A DNA stretch of 63,578 nt, the filler included, from Octopus bimaculoides (lineage: Eukaryota), in NCBI RefSeq assembly GCF_001194135.2. It is 9 parts of 8 records of this genome, joined end to end, with 100 filler letters (N's around TTAATTAATTAA, not from the genome) between each part and the next. Parts side by side here need not be neighbours in the genome. Positions count along the whole stretch, not along the records: positions 37,238 to 54,316 come from NC_068983.1; 8 more parts are not named here. One strand, written 5' to 3'. Below are positions 41,401 to 53,400 of the stretch, piece after piece. Under the pieces are notes generated by a model. The model was not told the DNA's origin. It did no database searches and worked only from the letters and a program-made list of their open reading frames with translations. The position numbers and the translations under genes are program-made. The stretch's first letter is position 1. Each line of letters starts with the position of its first letter.

Positions 41401-44400
41401 TTTCATATAGCATCAGCAAGGCCCCCTCAACTGAGTGGGATATAATATTGAGGAATACAAAATTATGATAAATGGTCAGGAGCAGGTGTCTTGCTGAAGA
41501 GTCAAATATATGGCTTCTCTTTAGGGGAAGAGATGGAGAGAGAGAGAGAGGTGTGAAGTGAAAGTGCAAGATAAGTATGAGAGAGAGAATAGGGATTGGA
41601 AGATTTGACAGGAGCTTGTTTTTCCTCAGATGTGTATGTACAGGGTGACCCAAAAGTCACAAAGTGGTCTAAAATTTTAATATATTTGTTGTAATGACGT
41701 TTTTTTAATTTGTAGTATACAAAATGTGATTTTTCACATCTAACGCACATATATTTCCTATATACATATTGTAATATGGTGCTAAAGTACTGTAAATTTA
41801 AAATTAAACATAAATGAATTGCCAACACTTTTGTGACTTCTGAGCCACTCTGTATATGTATGTATGCATATCATTTTTATGCTTGCTTCCCATGCTGGCG
41901 TGGGTTGGGATAGACCATCACAGCAGTTCAAGTCATTTCTTGTTGGAAGCGGTTGTTCATACCTGTCATTTGGTTTGGCTTCTGCAACTAGATGCCTTTC
42001 CCATTGCCACTTTCTGCCTACTGATTGATGCTAATAACCAACAGTGGATTAAATTACTGTTTACTTCTGATGATCTGGCATTATAAGGCAATTATGGAAT
42101 CATCCATATAACAATTACCACACAACATACAAATACACACCAGTGAAACATGTGTAAAGACTATGTAATTTATGATGTTATAATAAAAAATTTAACTGAA
42201 TCTCCTATTTTCTGTTCTTGAATGTGTGCGTGCTGGTGCCTTGTAAAAAGCACCCTGTACACTCTGTGAAGTGGTCAGTGTTAGGAAGAGCACCCAGCCA
42301 TAGAAACCAGACAATTGGAGCATGGTGCAGCTCACTGGCTTGCCAGTTCCTGTCAACCCATCCAACCTATGCCAGCTTGGAAAACAGACATTAAATGATG
42401 ATGATACGAATACACATAAGTTTGCTCAATCTAAAGACTGACCATTGGCTAAACAATAGCAAAGAACTCTTCTGTGTAGTAGTGTTGTCCATAGTTTATC
42501 ATCAATATGGGTAGACATACAGTAACTTATGATGATGGTGTTTCTAGTAATGGAATGAAAATTAAAGTCAGAACACTAATTTCATATCTTTTATGCTATT
42601 TTACAGATATTGCCACACTTCATGAAAACAGTGGACACCCTTTTGATGAGATTATACGTCGAGTGGAGCGAGGTTCATGTATTGTTACAGTCGTACATAA
42701 CAGTACAAAGCTTGTATTACAAATGCCACGAGGCAACCTTGAAACTGTCCATCCCCGAGCTTTGCTACTTTCTTCCATTCAACAGAAACTAAATAAGTAT
42801 GAATATCTTTATGCAGTACATTGAAATATGTTCTAAAGTATTGCCTTTCTATATTCTTTTATGTATTTTTTATAAGAATCCTTTTGTTGCCAGATTTTCA
42901 TTTAAATACACTGTTTTTGATTCAGTTAATTTTTTAAATAAGGAAGAATTTTGTAAAATAACCTTGTTGTTATTAAGCTGATATTCTGAGCATAAATTAA
43001 CATGAAATTTTGATGGAACAGTTTTAGATCACTTTAATCCTTTTGTTACCATATTTTTGTCAAATTATACCCTGTGCCGATGGCATGTAAAAAGCACCAT
43101 CCGAACGGGGCTGATGCTAGTTCCTCTTGACTGGCTCCTGTACCTGTGGCACATAAAAACCAGTATCTGAACGTGATCAATACCAGGGCTGTCTGACTGG
43201 CTCCCATGCCGGTGGCATGTAAAATGCACCATCTGAATGTAGTTAATGCTGGTGCCCCCTGACTGGCTCCCATGCAAGTGGCACATAAAAAGCACTATCT
43301 GAATGTGATTGATGCCAGGTCTGCCTGACTGGCTCCTATGCTGGTGGCACGTAAAAAGCACCCACTACACTCTCTGAGTGGTTGGCGTTAGGAAGGGCAT
43401 CCAGCTGTAGAAACACTGCCAGATCAGATTGGAGACTGGTGCAGCCGCTGGCTTTCCAGGCCTCAGTCAAAGCATTCAACCCATGCCAGCATGGAAAACG
43501 GACGTTAAATGATGATGATCATCATCATTGTCATTTAATGTCTGTTTTCCATGATGACATGGATTGGATGGTTTGACCAGAGCTGGCAAGCCAGAGAACT
43601 GCACCAGGCTCCAGTTGCTTTGGCATGGTCTCTAGAGCTGAATGCCCTTCCCAATGCCACCTACTTAACGAAGTGTATGGGATACTTTTTACTTGGCATC
43701 AGCACAGGTGCTTTTTGTGTGGCATTGTCACAGGTACTTTTTACGTGGCACCAACGGTGTTGCCAAGTAACTTGCAAGACAAAGACCTCTCAGCTGAGAG
43801 TAGTGGATGGGGGGTGGTGTGTATCTGAATGAAGTGATTGTGTGTCAGGTGAGAGATTAGAGCAAGTAGTTTTCACTAAATATAAAAACAGTTCATCTAT
43901 TACAGATTAATTGAATGACTAGACTGAATAATTAATACAAACTGCGAAAAGTCCATTGCTTAACCCTTTTGATACCAACCTGGCTGAAACCGGCTCTGGC
44001 TCTGTAGTACAAATGTCCTGTTTTTATAAGTTTTGAATTAAAGTCTTCCACCAAACCATAGTCATAATTTATGTTCCTAACACTAGCTTAATGATAACGA
44101 AGTTATTTTACTAAATTCTTTGTTATATTTAAAATAATTGAAAGAAACACAGAGCATCTCAACAGAAATATGGTAACAAAAGGGTTAAGTGCTTATTAGA
44201 TTGAATTATTGTGAATTTAAGAATGAATCATAATTAATGCTTAGTGTAATTATAGTGTTATATTTCTTTGTAGCCTCAAGTTTCATGATGCATTGGCTCT
44301 TATGAGAAAACACAGAATAAATATGAATTTAGCTTATGATCATAATCCATCGTTGTTTTTAACCAATATTGAAAGTTTTGTCAAACAAGTATCAGAAGAC

Positions 44401-47400
44401 AATCTTCTCACATTGTTCTTGTCAGAGCTTGGGTCTGTATATTTTATTTCATATTGTCATTTTTCAATTAATTTTTTAATAAACATCACATTGTGACAAC
44501 TTAGTCAACAGTAAATAAACATGCTATAGATAAAATATAACAAGTAAATTACAGCTGTATTGTTGTTGTTAATATATTTTACATCTAAATCATATGCTCC
44601 ATGTGTTCTGATAGCTAAAACCCTAAAGGGTTGAATTGACCTGAAGCCAATTACCATTTCATCTTCTGTACATACCAAAACAAACTGAATGAAAACCAGA
44701 TCAAATGTCTTCACACAGCCATATTACTTTCTTCTCATCCAGACACATTCTTTCTCTTGTAACAATTGAGATTATTTTTTAATAATGTTAATTAGTGATG
44801 TGTCTTTATTATTTTTAGAATGGAAGATTCTACACAAACAATGTATGCCAGTTCTTATTCTGATCGAGCCACTTTAAATAAATCTGAAGGTGAAGAGAAC
44901 TCATCCAAAGTGAACATAGTCTGTGATGCTATCATTGAAATTTTAGACAAGAAAGAAAAGGAAAGGTATTTGATGTTTTCCTTCTAAGTTTCTTTTGCAA
45001 TTTTACATTGACTCTTTCGTTTTTGCATGGATTAAACATCATCTTCATCATCGTCATTGAACATCTGCTTTCCATGCTGGCATGGCTGAGACAACAACTA
45101 TGAAAATTTGTATATTGTTATAAAATCATCATCATCATCATTGTTTAACATCTGCTTTCCATGCTGGTATGGGTTGGTTGGTTTGACTGAGGACTGGCAA
45201 GCCAGGAGGTTGCACAAGGCTCCAGTTTGATCTGGCAAGGTTTCTGCAGCTGGATGCCCTTCCTCATCATCATCATCCAGTATTTTAAATCCGGGTTTTG
45301 TCCCCATTAACAGGGGTAGCTGGATCTACCCTCAGTGTCATAGCAACTGCCCTCACACCATCTTGCCCGGTTTTGGGCGTCCTTCTTTTTCAAACCAACC
45401 CTCCCAATCTCTTCCTCCACCTGTCCCCTCTACCTTTTCCTCAGTCTACCTTGCTTTTGCACTCCATTTACCACAAATACAATCACCCTCCTCAGAACAG
45501 GCTCTTCACCCCTCCTCAACACATGCCCATACCACCTCACTCTATTCGCCCTTGCCAACCATTCCACCAATTCCTCCAGCCCCAGTCCTCAGTCCTCCTC
45601 TTATCAAACAGCTTCACCCCATACATTTCTCTCATCATTGCTCTCTCAGTTCGTCTCAAAATTACCATCTCTCTCTCTCTCTCTCTCTCCCTCAGACACC
45701 ATGTCTCACTCTCATACAGCATTGCAGCTCTCACACAACTCTTATAGACCCTTCCTTTCATCTTTAATGAGAACCTTTTCCCATATAAGAATGCTGTCAC
45801 AGCTGCTTCACATTCACCACATCAAGTTTATCTTGAGAAACCCCTGATTTCTTTTTGAGAATTGCCCCTTAGGAAATAAAGGAAGTAACACCACAATCAT
45901 CATCATCATCATCATCATATGCCTGTTTTTGTTTTCTCTTTGCTTGCGTAGGCTGAACATATATCTACATCCTCCCTATTGCAATGTATACCAGATTTTT
46001 TCTTCACCATCTAGCATTCTGGGCTCCTGACATTTTTCTTCTACTATTTTCTTCTCTTCTAATTATTCTATTTCCTTGAAAAAAATTCTCCCAGGCGTTA
46101 CCCATTACAATTCGTCTTGGCCTAATGGCCCTTAATGTTTGTCTTTGTTGATTGTTTACTTTGTACGTCCACTCTCTCGTTGTTTGTTTATTCGAAGCTC
46201 TAACTCTCCGTGAATTTTATATTTTTACCCAAGATGCCAGTTTGCAGGTTTAAATCTGGGACCATATGGTTGTTAGGTGAATTTAACCCTATGTCTTATT
46301 CCTATGCCATTAAGCATCAGTCTCTTTTTTGCTGTGGGAGGTTTTTTTTCCAAAATTTTAAATGATAATTTTGGGTGGGGTTCTTTTCTTTTTTTATATC
46401 ATCATCATCATCATCATTTAATGTCTGTTTCCCATGCTGGCATGGGTTGGACAGTTTAACCAAGGCTGGTAAGCTCGGGCTGTACCAGATTCCAGTCTGA
46501 TTTGGCATGCTTTCTACAGCTGGATGCCCTTCTTAACGCCAACCACTCCAAGAGTGCAATAGGTGCTTTTCACTTTTAGAGTGGTTGGTATTAGGGAGGG
46601 CATCTGGCCGGAGATATATATAATATATAATATTTGTGACTTATCCTTTTCTGTTCTTCAGGCTTGTATTACCAATTCTCACTGCTCATATCAAGAAAAA
46701 CCCTCCTGAAATTGAAAAGGCCTTAACAGTCATTTATAAAATTAAAGGTAATTACAGCTAATCACAATTCTGATTTTCTTCTGTCCTTTTTTTATTTTAA
46801 TTGTACTTTCATTATTATCTTTTACTTGTTTCAGTCATTAGACTGTGGCCATGCTGGGGCACCACCTTGGAGAATTTTTTAGTTGAATGAATTGACCCCT
46901 GTACATATTTTCTTTTATTATTTTAAGCCCGGTATTTATTCTGTCTGTCTCTTTTGCTGAACTGCTACGTTATGGGGACATAAGCACCCAATACTGCTTG
47001 TCAAGCAGTGGTGAGGAGACACACATACACACACATATTTGTGAATTAAGGCTATCATTGGTTTCATGTTAAGAAAAATAGAAAAGCATCTTAATATCTT
47101 GACAATTTTTCAAGCCTATCACATGGAAGAATGGTGCTCATCTCCATTCCTTCATGTGATAGACTTGAAAAATTGTTAAGATTATTTTCTTCTTTTTCTT
47201 AACATGAAACCAATGGTAGCCTTAATTCACAAACAAATAACTTCCATCCACCAATGCAGTGTTGAGCATTCATTTGACATTTCCATATATATATATATAT
47301 ATCACAAGATTCTTTCAGTTTCTGTCTACCAAATCCACTCACAAGGCTTTGGTCAGCCCAAGACTATAGTAGAACATACTTGCTCAAGGTTCTGCACAAT

Positions 47401-50400
47401 GAGACTGGACTCTGAACCATTCTCATTCTTTCTAGATTAACTTAAATTTGTCTTGGTGAATGCATACCTGTATCATTATGAATTTCTCTTCCCAACCATA
47501 TGGTTTCAGATTTGCTCTCAAAGCATGGCACCTTGGGCAAGAATCTTCTGCTAAAATCCTGGGCTGATCAAAACCTAATCATCATCATTTAATCTCCATT
47601 GTCCATGCTGGCATGGATTGGATGGTTTGACTGGGCTGGTACGCTGGAAGGCTGCACCAGACTCCAGTCTGATTTGGCATGGTTTTCTTCATCTGGATGC
47701 CTTTCCTAACGCCAACCACTCTGAGAGTGTAATGGCACCAGCACAGGTGCCATTGGCATGACACCGGTATCTGCCATGACTGTGATTTTGCTCTGCTTGA
47801 TGGGTCTTCTTCTCAAGCACAACATAAAGCCAAAGGTCTCGGTTATTGCCTCCCTGAGGCCCAACACTCGAAAAGAACTCAGCCACTTTGCCTCCGTGAG
47901 GCCCAGTGCTCTTTATGTGCCAGTTACATGACACCAGCATCAGCCATGACTATGATTTCACTTGGCTTGACGAAACTTCTCGAGCACAGCATATCACCAA
48001 AGGTCTTGGTCACTAGTCATTGCCTCTGTGAGGCTCAAAGTTCAAAGATCACAGAGACAATGACTAGTGACCAAGACCTTTTGCAATGTGCTGTGCTTGA
48101 GAAGACCTGTCAAGCCAAATGAAATCTTAGTCATGGTTGATGCTGATGTCACATAACTGGCATATAAAGAGCACCTTTCGAACATTGGGCCTCAAAGAGT
48201 GTATTTAATAGACAGAAAGTGAAAGAAGCTTGCTGTGTGTACATCAGTATTGTCATCATCCTCATCATCACTATTTTAACATTGACTTTTCCTTGCTTGC
48301 ATGAGTTAGATGGAATGTGTTGAGGCAGATTTTCTATGGTTGGATGCCTTCCTCTCCCGTTTCCAAGCAAGGTAATGTTTTCCCATTGGTTGACATGTTT
48401 TCATGGGAGATTGAAAGTAACCAACACTGCTTGTATGATGGGGACACTCATTTACGACTATCACTCAGTGTTCAAGTCAATGAGACATACATGCATCCTT
48501 CTTATATGGATCTGGTGGACAGAAACTTCAAGAGCCCCTTTGTGCGTGTATGTGTTTATATTTGCACATCATTGTTACCATAATTTCCAGTGGTTACTAT
48601 AATTTCCCATCAACATGTTGTCTGCTGCCTTTTCACCTTTCAAGACATCTAGAATAAGATATCCCCTACTTGAAAAAAACAGGTAAAGGTTAGTGATAGG
48701 AAGAACATCATCGTCATCATTTAGTGTCCATTGTCCATACTGACACGAGTTGAACAGTTTGGCAGGATCTGGTGAACTGCAGAGCTGCACCAAATTCCAG
48801 TGTTAGCTTTGGCATTATTTCTATGGCTGGATGTCCTTCCTAATGCCAACCACTTTACATTATGCACTTGGTGATTTTTTTTTCCGTTGCACCAGCACTA
48901 GTGAGGTTGCCAAGTAACTCACAAGACAGTAAAAGAACAGGAGAGAAAATGCTTTGGCTATTGAGTATAGTGAGGTGGTGGCTTTATGTCAACTGTTAAA
49001 AGGCTAAACTATGACAAACAAGCACGGGTGTCTTGCTACAGAGGGGATACATGGCTACCATACCTACAGGAATGGGTGGAAGTAGTTGTGAAAAAAATGA
49101 AGATGGTAGTAATGGAATGCCATACCAAACTCCGAATCTACAGGAACAGCTCAGCAATATTGTCTACCTCTTGCTAGCATGGAAAAACAGACATAAAAAT
49201 GAATGGATTTAATGTTCACTTTTGCTGGACACAAGGTTTATTAATTCACCTTTTTATTTTATTTTTTTCCAGCCAATCCTGACAGTACAACATCATTAGA
49301 AGAAACACTACGCCATATTCTTTGTATGGTTGACATCAACGAATTGTATAACGTAGCACTGGGGATGTATGACTTTGATATTGTTCTCATGGTGGCTGAG
49401 AAGTCACAGAAGGTGAGTGACTAGTCTTTCACTTTTATGCTGTCGAGATAAAAAAATTGAATGGATAGTGTACTGTAGTTGATGTTTACCTCCAGGTGTG
49501 CCCTGAACAGACAGACTTATAATCAAATGTATTCCAACCATGACAATCCCATATAGCCTATACTGCCAGATTTTTTAAGTATCTCTGCAGTGATTCCTGA
49601 TGGGCGGGTCTTTCCCAGTTTTCATACCCTTAATTGCTTTATCTACCAAAGTACTGTCAATTTAGATAGCTGGTTCCTTTGTTGGGTCAACATTTAGCAG
49701 ACACTCTTCCTCCCATTCATTCTCTTCATTTAACAACCTTCCATAAGGGCATCTCCAAGTCTCTCTCTTTGCAGCCTCATTAAATGCAAGTGAGCCATCA
49801 TCCATGTAGACACATTTCTCTCCTATGACATCTCAATTCTCTCTCACACACTGTCTTGCAACATGAAACACTTCAAGTCTTTGGTTCCCACGACACAGAA
49901 CATTGGTAAATTTTTTTCTTATTTGCTTCCCTTCTGGCTAAGTAAACCTGTCTCCTAGCTTCCTTTCTGATGATCTGATACCCTGCTACCACAGTCCTTC
50001 CATGCCTGTTTCATTTCCCTAATGGCCCTGTCAGCTACATTGTTCCACCACTACATTACCTTATGTCAAGAGGGGACTTTGCACCATCCACAGATCTGGT
50101 CAGTAGCCCTCTACAGGTTGTCCTGTAAGAAACTCCAGTTGTCTTCCTCATTATGTGATGCTATAATTCTCCTCCATTTTGTGAAAAGCTTCGAGTAATA
50201 TGTCTCTAAATCTCTGTCCATTCACAGGATCCTTAAGCTTCCAGACCCTTCTTTTCCATGCTGGTCATCTTCTGGGCATCCCTGATCCTGAAGTCACTAA
50301 CTACCAGGTATTGAAAGGCTAAATTATGATAGTGGGACAAACACTCCTTCCATCCACCCTTCAACCCTACCCAACTTTTGTAGATATTGCCTACCCCCTC

Positions 50401-53400
50401 TCTCATTTCCCCTATTTCTCCCCGCCCCTATACACTCTTGCAAACCCCACCCAACACGTGCTCCGAGCTTCTCTGTCCCCACTCACTACTTCTCACCTTG
50501 TACCTTGAAGTGCCACCTGGACACCTCATAACTATCTCTTTGGAGACACTACTGGTTCATTCTATCTCTCTCTACCTTAAATGTGAGGAGTCACATAGCT
50601 CCTCTATAACAACCTCCTCTAACCCAACCCCTCCCCTCATACCTTAACTACCACCTAACATAAAGATGCCCTCCCCATTTTCACTTGCATGTTGCATGAC
50701 ACAAAAAAGAGCACCAAGTACACACATGAAAGTGGTTGACATTAGGAAGGGCATCCTATTGTAGAAAACATGCCAAAGCAGATATTGGAACATGCTGCAA
50801 TCTTTGGACTCATCAGTTCCTTGTCAAACCATCCAACCCATACATGTATGGAAGATGGATGTTAAATGATGATGATGAAGCACAACTGTCTTGCTATGGA
50901 GGAGATTCATGGCTATCTCACATTATGTAAGCAAAGATGAGAGTAACTGGAAAGAAGAGAAAGATTGTAAGAACTACATTATCTTCTGTTTCCTTTTCTT
51001 TTTGAAGACAGTGGATATGATTTGACATAATTTGGTTGTTTCTTGCAAATCAAGGTCATAAAGAAGTTCTTACTCTGACTTGTAGATTACACTAGCAAAG
51101 AGAAGGTTCTTTACTTATATCTGTTCAAGTTTATAGATGTTGCCCATTCTTTTGTCTTGTTGGATTGTACCTTTCTTTTCCTTTCTATCTATTTATCTTT
51201 TAATCTTCATATTCCATGCCTACAGGCATTAGCAATCCATGCCAAAGTCTGAAGACTCCAAGTTTTTTTCCTGGCACCTATAGTTCCACGTGGCTTTCTG
51301 TTGGTTTAGTTATAGTTTACAATTCTAGTCTCCTTCTCTCCAAGCTTTATCCTTAAGCACAGGGCCTATTTCACAGGTAGGACATCAGGGGATATCCACA
51401 CGTTGGATCTCTATCACACATATCTAGGGACCAACCCTCCTCTGGGTCTTGAATACCCAAACCATAGGACTATCTACTGCCATCTGTCCCATAACCAGGT
51501 CCCTTGACATGTACTACCATTCCAGACCAGAACAAATTTGGGAGTTGTAGTAACAAAGAGATGATTCCATACTCCACCAAACTCTTGAACTCCCAAACTG
51601 GGACCTCAACCAAAATACAATTTAAGGTCTTGCCAAGACAGTATGCAATTATATCAAAAGACAGCCTACAATAAAATTCATAATGAATAAAGATCAAATT
51701 TATAAGGGAAATTACTCATTTAAGTTGTTTATTATTTTTTAAAAACTTTCTTTGTTTTGTTTTCCAGGACCCCAAAGAATATCTTCCATTTCTGAATAAC
51801 TTGCAGAGTATGGAAATGAATTACCAGAAATTTACAATTGATAAATATCTGAAAAGATTTCCTAAAGCTCTGGGACATATAGTAAATTGTGGTGAGTTGT
51901 CTTTGAGTGTTTATTATTGCTGCAAGTGAAGTGTAGAAATGATACCACACCAAACTAAATACCTGACAATTTGGCCTCTGGAAAAGTGCAGAAGGTGTCA
52001 ACATGCTGCGAGATCATGATAATTATATCCCTGACAGGTGCAGGGTTCGAATACTTGCAGCAAAGCAAACTCCATTTGACATACTCATGAGCTACATGAT
52101 GGTATTAAACAGAGCTGTATGATATGCCTTCCGCTACACTCTTTGTCTTATACACACTATAAAGTGGTTGGTATTAGGAAGGGCATCCAGCTGTAGAAAA
52201 CACGACAAAGCAGACTCATTGGATCCTTGTTAAACTGTCCAGCCCTACCAGCATGGAATATGAATGTTAAATGGTGGTTGAGAATGCTAATGACCTCAAC
52301 AACCTCTCTGCAATCACTTCCAAACAGTGCTCACTCCTGTGCAAATTACACAAATCTTCTTTCTTCTCTGATTTTCTGCACCTAAATATCTTCCACAGAT
52401 AACCTAGGCATTTCATGGTCACAAGGAACTGTCTACATTTTGGTAGATTGGAACACTAGAAGAAGATAGTTGCAATGGATTTTTGTTGCTGCTTCACTCC
52501 AGGTCAATCCTGATCAAGCCCACCTAAAGCCAATTTCTCAATAACTTATTTATCTAACCCATGCAGGCACGGAAAAACAGATGTAAAAGTGAATGAATGC
52601 AATTCTTTTATTTGTTTCAGTCATTTGACTGCAGCCATGTTGGAGCACTGCCTTTTTAGTCGAACAAGTCGACCCCAGGACTTATTTTTTATAAGCCTAG
52701 TACTTATTCTATCGGTGACTTTTGCCGAACTGCTAAGTTACAGGGACATAAACACACCAATATCGGTTGTCAAGTGATGATGGGGGGGGGGGACAAACAC
52801 AGACACACAAACATATACACGTGCACACACACACACACATATATACGATGGGCTTCTTTCACTTTCCATCTACCAAATCCACTCACAAGGCTTTGGTCAG
52901 CCTGAGGCTATAGTAGAAGACACTTACCCAAGGTGCCACACAGTGGGNNNNNNNNNNNNNNNNNNNNNNNNNNNNNNNNNNNNNNNNNNNNNNNNNNNNN
53001 NNNNNNNNNNNNNNNNNNNNNNNNNNNNNNNNNNNNNNNNNNNNNNNNNNNNNNNNNNNNNNNNNNNNNNNNNNNNNNNNNNNNNNNNNNNNNNNNNNNN
53101 NNNNNNNNNNNNNNNNNNNNNNNNNNNNNNNNNNNNNNNNNNNNNNNNNNNCACAGTGGGACTGAACCCTGGAACCATGTGGTTGGTAAGCAAGCTACTT
53201 ACCACACAGCCACTCCTGTGCCTATCTACACAATCATCATAATAATTTTACATTTCATCGTTGCCAGTGCCCCTGGACTGGCTTGTGCGGGTGGCACATA
53301 AAAGACACCATTTCGAGCGTGGCCGTTGCCAGTATCGCCTGACTGGCCTTCATGCAGGTGACACGTAAAAGCACTTACTACACTCTCTGAGTGGTTGGCG

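Noticed and set aside
43075-43370. CRISPR-like array of recurring GTGGCACATAAAAAGCAC motifs with variable intervening sequence
   Set aside because: The 'spacers' are homologous to each other, the repeats are diverged, and the unit is internal to an abundant eukaryotic interspersed repeat in an ELP1 intron. There are no cas genes.
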